The notes beneath the pieces are model-generated. The model saw nothing but the letters and a program-made list of their open reading frames with translations. It was not told the DNA's origin and ran no database searches. The translations under genes were made by a program, and so were the position numbers. This document shows positions 1 through 8,659 of a stretch of 64,000 bases of DNA, piece after piece; position 1 is the stretch's first letter; every line of letters starts with the position of its first letter. The DNA is from a virus: the IMG/VR virus record IMGVR_UViG_3300042892_004016, positions 51,895 through 115,894 of that record. One strand, 5' to 3'.

Positions 1-114
1 TCAAGCACAACACAGATTTAGTTAAATTATACTCCGGCTCACCAGACACCACGTCAATTCACAGCAGTACACCCAACACAGAAGTAGTTTAAACACAACA
101 GCAGTAAAAAAATT

Positions 115-625
115 AGTTTGATCGAGGTTCCTCGATCCTCCTTGAGTCAGCCGGGGTAAGGCCCGTAGCCGATGGATCTGGAGTATGCCCAAGAGTGATC
201 TTGGGGAATACCGAGAGGGCAATCAATATAGGGAACCCTCAATGAGTTTATAGTACACTTTGTCTTGAAACTATAAAACATGCGTCGCGGAAGAATTGTG
301 TTAGGCACAATAGCTTCACTACAGTCCCATCAAACTTTACAGAGCGACCGGTGGCGAATAATAGCAGAAAAGAGCTGATTATTCGGGGAACAGACAACAA
401 AGGATGATGGTCATGGCATGTTTATGATTTTTCCATTGGTAGTGCTTAATAGCACTACCATGGCTTCTAATCGGCATGTGAGTCTTAATACTAATAAGAT
501 ACCAGTAAATTAATCCCGAACATATGAGTGAGTGAAACGAACGAATAGAGAAGGGATTAGATGAGCGTTAGCTCATCTCTAGAGTAGTAAATGATATAAC
601 CCATTAGCATATGGTGTGCTATGGC
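115..625 (+). ncRNA. Candidate large structured non-coding RNA (or structured origin-like region)
   Basis: No credible ORF. More than 10 stem-loops in ~500 nt, e.g. 120-137, 188-205 with a GUGA (GNRA) loop, 247-277, 295-311, 355-385, 433-463 and 559-578. Long-range pairings 168-173/470-475, 327-338/399-410 and 511-517/553-559. Confidence 0.5.
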
Positions 626-802
626 TTAGAAGAATGGCATCTGTGATTTCTTGGTAGTCTCTAAGTTTTCTTCAATAATCTCATTAAGTGATACCAGTTC
701 GTCAGGACTCATGTTCAACACATCAGTATAAGATACTGACCCGCGCATGTACCAGGCTATTCTTTGTGCGTTCTTTTTGATAGCCTTTACGTCTTTCTCC
801 AT
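626..802 (-). CDS. T4 gp51-like baseplate hub assembly / tail chaperone C-terminal segment (58 aa from ATG; frame stays open upstream to 862)
   Basis: Translated by hand (below ORF-track cutoff): MEKDVKAIKKNAQRIAWYMRGSVSYTDVLNMSPDELVSLNEIIEENLETTKKSQMPFF. Lies directly downstream of the gp26-like gene, in its -1 frame. Confidence 0.7.
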   Translation of the reverse strand: MEKDVKAIKKNAQRIAWYMRGSVSYTDVLNMSPDELVSLNEIIEENLETTKKSQMPFF

Positions 803-849
803 ATTTTCAACCAGCTTCGTTATACCCGGGGAGTCTAGGTATAGAAGCT

Positions 850-1680
850 TTAGCCGAAAAAATCGCTTACATTCAACGTGAATGGTTGATCATATTCATG
901 TTGACAACTGTTACATGCGATATGCAACGGCTTGGTCTGCGTAGTCTCTCTTAGTGCCACACTGCGATCTTTGATCATATCAAACGTGTTCTTGTCAGTG
1001 TTGTACAAGAAATCCAGTATGTATGGCTTTTCAGTAACCACTAGTTCTGGTGTGGCAATGTATTCAATGGTATTGGCCAGTACTTCTACCGTGGAATCAG
1101 ATATGATCTTCAGTGCTTCACTTGTTCTTTTTTCTTTATCTGCTCCTTCTTCCATGGCGCTGATACTGTAGAACAGCTTTTGCATCTCAAACTGCTTGAT
1201 GGTACTGGCAGTGAGTTCTTTGAATGACAGTGATTTGAACTTGATTTTGAGATCGTTGATATGCAGTGGAATCTCATAATCACCGGGTACAAAGTTGTTG
1301 AGTACAATACTCAAACTAACGCCATATTGTGCTGTTTCGCTGCAGCTGGGGCAAGTGACTTCCATTTCCATTTCATTGCCGTTTGTTGCAATTTTGATAG
1401 CCACCAGTATGGCATCCAGATCAGTGCTGCTGATTGCCCAGGCATCGTGTATGCAGGGTACGCAACTGCGTATGATGTCTACAACTGCGCTGCCGTTGTA
1501 CAGTGCGTCTGGGGTTTTGCTGGTAATCTCATCAATTGCCGTCATGGGATAGACTGGAATTTCTCCGGTTTCGGGCATAGAAATAGTGGCTGCAGTGTAG
1601 CCCAAGCCCCTGCTGGGCAATTTCAAATAGATGCCGGGTCTGCGAAAATACTGTTTTAGTGGGTTATGATCTATGCTCAT
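850..1680 (-). CDS. T4 gp26-like baseplate hub assembly protein / tail assembly chaperone
   Basis: LKLPSRG start, PMTAIDE, DLDAILVAIKIAT, two CxxC pairs (CPSC, CNSC) and C-terminal DFF, typical of gp26-like proteins. AGGAG SD upstream on the minus strand. Adjacent to tape-measure-like genes. Confidence 0.75.
   Translation of the reverse strand: MSIDHNPLKQYFRRPGIYLKLPSRGLGYTAATISMPETGEIPVYPMTAIDEITSKTPDALYNGSAVVDIIRSCVPCIHDAWAISSTDLDAILVAIKIATNGNEMEMEVTCPSCSETAQYGVSLSIVLNNFVPGDYEIPLHINDLKIKFKSLSFKELTASTIKQFEMQKLFYSISAMEEGADKEKRTSEALKIISDSTVEVLANTIEYIATPELVVTEKPYILDFLYNTDKNTFDMIKDRSVALRETTQTKPLHIACNSCQHEYDQPFTLNVSDFFG
856..862 (-). promoter_or_regulatory. Putative -1 ribosomal frameshift slippery site T TTT TTC
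   Basis: Minus strand reads GAT TTT TTC GGC TAA. This X XXY YYZ heptamer is one codon before the stop, and the -1 frame is open into the 626-802 ORF. Confidence 0.65.
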
Positions 1681-1710
1681 TGATTTCTCCTAATATGGGC
1701 TGGTTGACAG

Positions 1711-1736
1711 ACTAAATATACTGAGAAGTATTTAGT
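1711..1736. promoter_or_regulatory. Pair of opposed T4-late-like promoters (ACTAAATA ... TATTTAGT)
   Basis: Perfect 8-bp inverted repeat 1711-1718/1729-1736 between divergent genes. Each half carries the TAAATA core seen upstream of many genes in the window. Confidence 0.6.
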
Positions 1737-1760
1737 GGGTAAAAGCAACCGGATAATATA

Positions 1761-4004
1761 ATGGCAGATCAAAGAGAAATACTAGAAGAATTGAACCGTG
1801 CAGCCCGTAGTTTGAGCGATGCCAGTGCGCAGCTGGATCAAAGCAATAGGGCGGCCTCAGTGACTGTCAATCAGGCCGTTAACAGCCTGCAGCTAATGGG
1901 ATCAGGTGCAATAGAGTTTTCCCGATCACTGACCAATGGACAAGAGGGCATGTCAAAATATGGTTCTGCTATTGCTGACGCGGCCAGCGGTCTGGGCGGA
2001 CTGGCGCAGTTGGCTGGTGGTCCATTTACGTTTGTGCTGGGCGGGCTGATAAAAATAGTGGGCGCAGTGGTGGGTTCAGTGCTGAAAAGCAATGACACCA
2101 TAATATCAGGCTATGACAAGCTGGCTGATGTGGGCGGAGCTGCCGCATTCAGTACTGATAGCTTGATGGCAGCGGCCGGCGCTGCAGATTTTCCCGTCGC
2201 AAACGGTTCCTTTACTAAATTAGTTGACACCATGAGTAAAATGGGCGGAGACCTAATGGGTCTGGGCTCCACCGCTGGTGAAGGCATGAAAAACTTCCTA
2301 AAGATATCCACTGTGGGGGCTGATGTAAGGCATCAGTTTAACAGATTGGGTATCAGCCAGGAAAAACTCACTCAGGTTCAGGCTCAATATGTGTCTACTC
2401 AGTTGAAGATTGGTGGATTACAGAACAAAGAAACAGACCAATTACGTAAAGAATCATTAGAATACGCCACAGAGCTGATTGAACTGTCTGCAGTAACTGG
2501 TCAAAGTGTAGATCAGATTGCAAAAAATCGGGATGAGGATGCGAAAAATTTAGCTTGGCAATTAAAGTCACGTGAGATACTGGCGCAGGCAAATGGCGAG
2601 GCCATTATGAAGCGGCTGAATGCTGGGCTTGAGTTATCCAGCAAATATGGCGCAGAGCAACGTTCGGGTATACGCGATGCTATGTCAAGGGATGCCCTGA
2701 TTACACCCGAAGCAATAAGTTTGGGTAATCAATTTGCTCTTGCTGGTGACGATTTGTTGCAGGCAATTGCTGATCTCAAAGCTGATAGAATTACTGCGAC
2801 TGATTTTGACCTGCGCATGAAGGTCGCCATAAACAAAGTTGCAGACCAATATGGCCGAACTTTTATGCTGGCTGGAAACGATACTGCAAAACAAACGGCT
2901 ATAACTTCAGACAGCCTAACAGGCGCCGCCAAACAGATAGCCAAGGGCAGTCTTGATCAAGCTGCACTTGACGTAGCTGCGGGTAAAGTACGCGCTGACT
3001 CTGCAAAACAAGCCCAAGATGCATTAAAGGATACCAGCCTGGCACTGGCAGAAGCTTTTGACAAGTTTATATCATTGATATCAGGCGCAGTTAACAGAGG
3101 ATTTGAGGCCTTGATGTATGCGTTTAAGGCCTTGACCAAGGGTATTTTTAAATTTTTAACCAGTCATGCCTCATTATTTGGAGCCGAGGACATGGATCAG
3201 TCGCTTCCCTACATGTTTGACAGCATTGAAGATTTGGTCAAGATGCAACAAGCTTCAGTTGCTGCCCTGGCTGAAGTGGAAGGAAAAAAACTGTGGGTGC
3301 TGAAGCAAAAAGGACCGAAGCCGAATATAGCTGAGGGCTTGATAGCAACAGCCAGGATGAATCTGATTGAGGGAGAAGAAAAAAAAGTCAAGGCTCAGAA
3401 GGCTGGGGTTACGTTGGCGTTGCAGCAATTGTTGGGCACAAAGGATGTAGACAAAGCACTCAAAGAAAAAGAAGCGGCAGCGGCAGTTGAGCGCAAAAAA
3501 CAAGAGATAAAGGACGCAGCAGCAAAGGTCAGCGCACCCGTAGCAGCTATTAGCGCTAATGTTGAGGCACCAGCTGCTGCTGCAGCACCAAAAACTATTT
3601 CAATCGGCGCTGGCACGGTTGCTCCTCCAACTGAAAAATTTGATAAGGGCGGCGTAGCCAAGCACCCAATGATGTCATTGGGTGCCAGTCCCAATAGTGG
3701 ACCCATAGATATCTCATTACCTGGCGGTAGAGATATTCCCACTACCCTGGAGATGCCGGCAAACCTAACCAGCCAGCGAGATAGTCTATTAACTCAAACT
3801 GAAAGCATAGACAGAATCTTATCTGGATATACGTCCAATCTTACTGCTGCAGTGGGTAATACTCCTACCACCGCACCAGCATCGACCAGGTCGTTCAATA
3901 ATGATATGATAGTAGCACTATCATACAAACTGGATGAGTTGTTGAATAAAATGAAAGACAATACCAGTTTGCAGAGCGAATTACTAGCACTTTCAAAAAG
4001 ATAA
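1761..4004 (+). CDS. Tape-measure-like protein, paralog 1
   Basis: 747 aa, Ala/Gly/Leu-rich and predicted helical. Shares motifs with the next ORF (FNRLGISQEKL vs FLKLGIGPEQL; LSAVTG vs LSMLTG; FDKGGVA vs FAEGGVA). Lies between hub chaperone and portal. Confidence 0.6.
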   Translation: MADQREILEELNRAARSLSDASAQLDQSNRAASVTVNQAVNSLQLMGSGAIEFSRSLTNGQEGMSKYGSAIADAASGLGGLAQLAGGPFTFVLGGLIKIVGAVVGSVLKSNDTIISGYDKLADVGGAAAFSTDSLMAAAGAADFPVANGSFTKLVDTMSKMGGDLMGLGSTAGEGMKNFLKISTVGADVRHQFNRLGISQEKLTQVQAQYVSTQLKIGGLQNKETDQLRKESLEYATELIELSAVTGQSVDQIAKNRDEDAKNLAWQLKSREILAQANGEAIMKRLNAGLELSSKYGAEQRSGIRDAMSRDALITPEAISLGNQFALAGDDLLQAIADLKADRITATDFDLRMKVAINKVADQYGRTFMLAGNDTAKQTAITSDSLTGAAKQIAKGSLDQAALDVAAGKVRADSAKQAQDALKDTSLALAEAFDKFISLISGAVNRGFEALMYAFKALTKGIFKFLTSHASLFGAEDMDQSLPYMFDSIEDLVKMQQASVAALAEVEGKKLWVLKQKGPKPNIAEGLIATARMNLIEGEEKKVKAQKAGVTLALQQLLGTKDVDKALKEKEAAAAVERKKQEIKDAAAKVSAPVAAISANVEAPAAAAAPKTISIGAGTVAPPTEKFDKGGVAKHPMMSLGASPNSGPIDISLPGGRDIPTTLEMPANLTSQRDSLLTQTESIDRILSGYTSNLTAAVGNTPTTAPASTRSFNNDMIVALSYKLDELLNKMKDNTSLQSELLALSKR

Positions 4005-4010
4005 CAACCA

Positions 4011-6509
4011 ATGGCCGAAGAACAGAATCCAGCAGAGTACAATGACCTCGTAAGAGACTTTACCAATGCGACCAAGCAATCGGAAGCGTCGGCCAAGCGT
4101 GGCAAGGATACAGTAGACACATTGAAGTTTGCAATTAGAGACTTGGGTAGAGTGGGCAAGACGGCCTTTACTGGTATACTTGATGTCAATGGCAGTTTTA
4201 GTTCAATGAATAATTCAGTAACCAGCGCGGGCAATATGCTGCGAAGGCTAACTGGTAGCAATTATAAAACCACAACTGCGCTGTCATTGGTAATCACTGG
4301 CATTGAAAAAACAATAAAATCATTGTTTGGATTCAATGATTCGATGATTAAGTTTTATGACGGATTGGGTGAGTACGGTATAACTGTAGGTCACAGTTCG
4401 GATCAACTGCTGAAATTGGCACACAGTGCTGGGTACTATTTGGAAAAGTCCGAGGCGTTCTCTAAGCTGTTGACTGAAACTGGCGACTCCCTGCTAGCAT
4501 TGGCACCAACTGCCTCCGAGGGAGCGGACAAGTTGGCGCTGATATTTAATAATACTCAGGGTAAAACACAAGAAGAATTTCTCAAGTTGGGCATAGGTCC
4601 CGAACAACTGAATAAGATGCAGCTTGATTATATCAAATTGCAGTCAGGATATGGCGCCAAGCTTTCAGGAAATGCGGATCAAATCAGAGAAAGATCAGTG
4701 CAGTATGCACTAAGCATTAACAAGCTGTCCATGTTGACCGGAGCCAGACGAGAAGCGGTGGCACAGACTCTTGCTGCGGCAAATGCAGATACCAAATTTG
4801 CACTAAAAAAACGCATGCTTGAGCAAGAGGGCAACCTACAGGCCATAGATGCGTTCGATCAAACAGGCACTCTGCTCAATATTACTCTGGGTGAAAAACA
4901 CGCGGCTGCATTCAGAGACCTAGCTGCCAACCATACTGCTACTACACTAGAAGGCAAAGCATTGCTGTCAAAAACTGGTGGTAGGATAGTGGGTTGGGTT
5001 AGGCAGTTGGAAGCAGGTCAACTGACTGGAATTGATGTTGCCAAACTTATTGCCAAAACGGAATCAGAATATGTCAGGACTAACCAAGAAGCGGTGAGTG
5101 CTAGTGAAGACTTTCGTAACAACATGTTTTTGAATGGTAAAAGCATGACGGCTGATGCAATACTATCGCAAATAAAAACAGAAAAAGATGTAGAAGAAAT
5201 GATTAAAAAACGTCAAGCAGGAATAGACGACGCCAAGCGTCTGCAGAACAGTCAATTGAATACGGAGAGAACGGTTAATATAGCTTTGGATAGGTTAAAA
5301 CTTGCTGTGTCCGGCCCTGCCAATTCTGTGTTTATTTGGTTGATTAAAAAAATGACACAGTTGGCGACTGGAGTATTAAAACTAGCGCTACAGCTACCAA
5401 TTGGAGAAACACTAAAAGAAAATTTGGAAGAATTTCGTAAAATTTTAGGCGGCGATGTCGAAATACAGCAACAGCTTGATGATATTAACAAAGAAGTCAG
5501 CAGAACCTCAGAGGAAACTGAAGTCTATGCAAGGATCAGCGGCAATCTTGTGGCTGCAGAAAAAGAAAAAGCACTGGCAGAACAACAGAATATACTACTA
5601 ACAAAAAGAATACAAGCTGGAGAAACAATTGATCCCAACATATTACGAGAAAATGAACTTAACCTAACCAAAAAACGAGCTGAAGTAGCAGAAATCAAAA
5701 AACGCGAAGCTGATTTGCTTAAAGGTAGAACTGTGGTTCAACTTGAAGCAGAAAAAAAAGAAGCTGAGGCTCGTAGAGAAAGATACAGAGAAACACTACG
5801 TCCTCATGAGGTAACTGCATATGAGGAAAGACGAGTTCAAGAGGCCAAACAACAGGCCAATAATTACTCTGGTCTTAATATTAAGGGCGCTGAATCTATA
5901 GCAGGTGGGCCAGTGGATCCCAAACTTATAGAATTGGCCAGACGAATACAGGCCGCAATTCCGGGGGTAAAATTTACGGCGTTCAACGACTTAACTCATA
6001 AACGTGGCAAACACGTTACTGGAACTGCTTTGGATTTTACCATGGATCCTCCACCCAAGAATGCAGAAGAAGCCAAACTGATAAAGAAAAAGTTGTATGA
6101 TTTGGGATTTAGTACCGCATTGGACGAGTATTTTACAGAACGGTCACCCGGTGCTACAGGACCCCACTTTCATGCGGCCTTTGCTGAAGGAGGTGTAGCA
6201 ACCGGTTCCAAATCAGGATACGAGGTAACACTGCATGGAACTGAAGCTATCATTCCACTGTTGCCCAATAACACAGTACCAATAAAATTAAAAAATAAAG
6301 ACAAATTATCAGATTTTAGCAGCATAACCAATTCAATCAAATCTAAATTAGCTGATGTTATGGCTAACCAGATAAACAGTGCTGCAGGCAATGATGCACT
6401 CACTGAATTGTTGGTTAACATGATTAGAGGCAAATTCGTTGCCATGATATCACAAGTAGAAATGAGCAATTCGGTACAGAGTGAGCTAAAAATGTACCTA
6501 CGTAACTAA
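4011..6509 (+). CDS. Tape-measure-like protein, paralog 2, with C-terminal M15/LAS-type Zn peptidase domain
   Basis: 832 aa, helical/coiled-coil. Near the C-terminus carries H-x6-D (KHVTGTALD) and HxH (GPHFH) motifs of LAS metallopeptidases. Confidence 0.6.
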   Translation: MAEEQNPAEYNDLVRDFTNATKQSEASAKRGKDTVDTLKFAIRDLGRVGKTAFTGILDVNGSFSSMNNSVTSAGNMLRRLTGSNYKTTTALSLVITGIEKTIKSLFGFNDSMIKFYDGLGEYGITVGHSSDQLLKLAHSAGYYLEKSEAFSKLLTETGDSLLALAPTASEGADKLALIFNNTQGKTQEEFLKLGIGPEQLNKMQLDYIKLQSGYGAKLSGNADQIRERSVQYALSINKLSMLTGARREAVAQTLAAANADTKFALKKRMLEQEGNLQAIDAFDQTGTLLNITLGEKHAAAFRDLAANHTATTLEGKALLSKTGGRIVGWVRQLEAGQLTGIDVAKLIAKTESEYVRTNQEAVSASEDFRNNMFLNGKSMTADAILSQIKTEKDVEEMIKKRQAGIDDAKRLQNSQLNTERTVNIALDRLKLAVSGPANSVFIWLIKKMTQLATGVLKLALQLPIGETLKENLEEFRKILGGDVEIQQQLDDINKEVSRTSEETEVYARISGNLVAAEKEKALAEQQNILLTKRIQAGETIDPNILRENELNLTKKRAEVAEIKKREADLLKGRTVVQLEAEKKEAEARRERYRETLRPHEVTAYEERRVQEAKQQANNYSGLNIKGAESIAGGPVDPKLIELARRIQAAIPGVKFTAFNDLTHKRGKHVTGTALDFTMDPPPKNAEEAKLIKKKLYDLGFSTALDEYFTERSPGATGPHFHAAFAEGGVATGSKSGYEVTLHGTEAIIPLLPNNTVPIKLKNKDKLSDFSSITNSIKSKLADVMANQINSAAGNDALTELLVNMIRGKFVAMISQVEMSNSVQSELKMYLRN

Positions 6510-6513
6510 AAGC

Positions 6514-6519
6514 TAAATA
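6514..6519 (+). promoter_or_regulatory. T4-late-like promoter core TAAATA (representative; also at 8305, 8619, 12550, 14274, 14620, 33013, 43841, 50986, 55774, 58258, 62123)
   Basis: Recurrent TAAATA in intergenic positions upstream of structural genes. The T4 gp55 late promoter consensus is TATAAATA, with an exact match at 50984-50991. Confidence 0.7.
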
Positions 6520-6524
6520 ATACT

Positions 6525-8297
6525 ATGTCATATAAAAAGCGTTTTTCTGGATCAAATACCACCGGTCAACTGAGTCCCATATCGGGAATAAACAGTAATA
6601 CCAGTAACTGGAACAGTACTGGCAAGAGCACTGGTTACAATAATCAAGAATTTGGTTACAAAAACTACATGAACAGGCTGCCCGAAGTGTACACTGGGCA
6701 CCCAAATCGCATTGAGCGTTACAATCAGTACGAAATGATGGACGTGGATGCTGAAGTAAACGCCTGTCTAGACATCATTGCTGAGTTCAGTACACAGAAA
6801 AATGAACACAACGGCACACCATTTAACATTGATTTCAGAGAAGATCCAACTGAACATGAAGTCGATATAGTCAAAAAACAACTACAGCAATGGTGTAAAC
6901 TGAACGAATTTGATACCAGAGCATTCAAAGTTTTCAGAAACTCCATCAAGTACGGTGATCAAGTATTCATTCGTGACCCAGAAAACTTCAAGTTATACTG
7001 GGTGGACATGACCAAGGTAACCAAGGTCATTGTCAACGAAAGCGAAGGCAAGAAGCCGGAGCAGTATGTAGTCAAGGATATAAATCCAAATCTAGAAAAT
7101 CTATCAGTGGCACAGAAAGTGTCAACTGATTTTGCCGCCAATCCCAGTACTGGTTTTGGTGGTACTGGTGGTGGCGGAGCAGCACAGGGATATACGGTGC
7201 CATCTATGCCCGGCGGAACCACAGGCAGCAGATTTAGTTTGGGACAGAATGAAGCAGCAATTGATGCCAAACATATTGTGCATCTTAGCTTGACTGAGGG
7301 CTTGGATCGTTACTGGCCATTTGGTCAGAGTATCTTAGAGAACATCTTTAAAGTATACAAGCAAAAAGAATTATTAGAAGATGCGATTTTGATCTATCGT
7401 ATCAGTCGTGCCCCAGAGCGCAGAATGTTCAAGATTGATGTGGGTAACATGCCCAGTCACATGGCCATGGCGTTTGTGGACAGAGTTAAGAACGAGATTC
7501 ATCAGCGCAGAATACCCAGCGCTGCAGGTGGTCAAAGTGGCATGGATGCCACTTACAACCCATTGAGCATGAACGAAGACTACTTCTTTCCCATGACAGC
7601 AGACGGTCGTGGTAGCACAGTTGAGATGCTGCAAGGCGGTCAAAATCTGGGTGAAATTGACGACTTAAAGTATTTTAACAACAGATTAGCACGTGGGTTA
7701 CGTGTGCCCAGCAGCTACTTGCCAACTGGTCCAGACGATGGACAGTCACCATTGAACGATGGTAGAGTTGGTACTGCAATGATTCAGGAATTCAGATTCA
7801 ACGAATATTGCAAAAGACTACAGAACTACATCAGTCAGAAGTTTGATGAAGAATTCAAACTGTTTCTAAGATGGCGTGGATTCAACATTGATTCAGGTTT
7901 GTTTGACATCAAGTTCAACGAACCACAGAACTTTGCTGCGTATCGTCAAAGCGAACTGGACAAGGACCGAGTGGCAACATTTGGTGCCATGGAAGGCTTT
8001 CCCTATATATCCAAACGTTTTGCTCTCAAGCGTTTCTTGGGATTGAGCGAAGAAGAAATAAAAGAAAACGAACAAATGTGGCGTGAAGAACGTGAGAAGC
8101 CTGAGGATACTGAACCCAAGGGCAGCGATCTTAGAAATATTGGTATCAGCGCAGGTGACATGGAATCTGATATGGAAGAAATAGCTGGCATGGAAGCACC
8201 ACCAGAAGAAACGGAACCAGGTGCAGTGGCTCCACAAGTACCGGGTCCTGAAGCACTGGGTGGTTTACCTGCAGCTCCAACTCCTACTGGAATGTAA
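6525..8297 (+). CDS. gp20: Portal vertex protein (T4 gp20-like)
   Basis: LLEDAILIYRISRAPERRMFKIDVGNMP, EDYFFP, GGQNLGEIDDLKYF and LRVPSSYL are hallmark gp20 motifs. Confidence 0.97.
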   Translation: MSYKKRFSGSNTTGQLSPISGINSNTSNWNSTGKSTGYNNQEFGYKNYMNRLPEVYTGHPNRIERYNQYEMMDVDAEVNACLDIIAEFSTQKNEHNGTPFNIDFREDPTEHEVDIVKKQLQQWCKLNEFDTRAFKVFRNSIKYGDQVFIRDPENFKLYWVDMTKVTKVIVNESEGKKPEQYVVKDINPNLENLSVAQKVSTDFAANPSTGFGGTGGGGAAQGYTVPSMPGGTTGSRFSLGQNEAAIDAKHIVHLSLTEGLDRYWPFGQSILENIFKVYKQKELLEDAILIYRISRAPERRMFKIDVGNMPSHMAMAFVDRVKNEIHQRRIPSAAGGQSGMDATYNPLSMNEDYFFPMTADGRGSTVEMLQGGQNLGEIDDLKYFNNRLARGLRVPSSYLPTGPDDGQSPLNDGRVGTAMIQEFRFNEYCKRLQNYISQKFDEEFKLFLRWRGFNIDSGLFDIKFNEPQNFAAYRQSELDKDRVATFGAMEGFPYISKRFALKRFLGLSEEEIKENEQMWREEREKPEDTEPKGSDLRNIGISAGDMESDMEEIAGMEAPPEETEPGAVAPQVPGPEALGGLPAAPTPTGM

Positions 8298-8328
8298 CTT
8301 GTGATAAATACATTATAGGAACCACCGG

Positions 8329-8550
8329 ATGAAACTTTTTGAAATGTTCGAGCCAGCAGTTAAGGGTTATCAAGATGAAGAAGATGACAATAGCAAGCCA
8401 CGGTGGAAAGAAAGTCGCAAGACTAAACTTACCCTAAGACAAATAAACAAGTTGCGCAAGATGAATGATGTGCGCAGCTACGAAAAAGCACAGAGTTTAA
8501 AGAAAATACGCAATCAATACAAACCAGTTGAACAAGCACCCGTAATGTAA
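8329..8550 (+). CDS. Small basic head-module protein (hypothetical)
   Basis: 73 aa with its own TAAATA (8305) and AGGA SD. Lies between portal and core genes. Confidence 0.75.
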   Translation: MKLFEMFEPAVKGYQDEEDDNSKPRWKESRKTKLTLRQINKLRKMNDVRSYEKAQSLKKIRNQYKPVEQAPVM

Positions 8551-8580
8551 AAGTTCAGCTATTTCCCGCCAAAACGCAAA

Positions 8581-8605
8581 AAAACAGCACATATTGTGCT
8601 GTTTT
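8581..8605. terminator. Intrinsic terminator-like hairpin (possibly bidirectional)
   Basis: AAAACAGCAC-atatt-GTGCTGTTTT, followed by TAAATA at 8619. Confidence 0.65.
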
Positions 8606-8659
8606 CTCAGCTATGCACTAAATAATTTCACGAAGCCATTTCTATAGGAGAACTTTACA

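Noticed and set aside
22-222. 66-aa minus-strand ORF in the leading non-coding region
   Set aside because: Non-ATG start, atypical composition, and it overlaps the hairpin-rich segment. No support as a gene.
115-625. tRNA, tmRNA, RNase P RNA or group I/II intron identity for the structured region
   Set aside because: I could not find a cloverleaf with a TTCRA loop, the RNase P GAGGAAAGTCC core, group I P7 elements or a group II domain V by eye, and no interrupted gene flanks it within the window. A covariance search is still needed.
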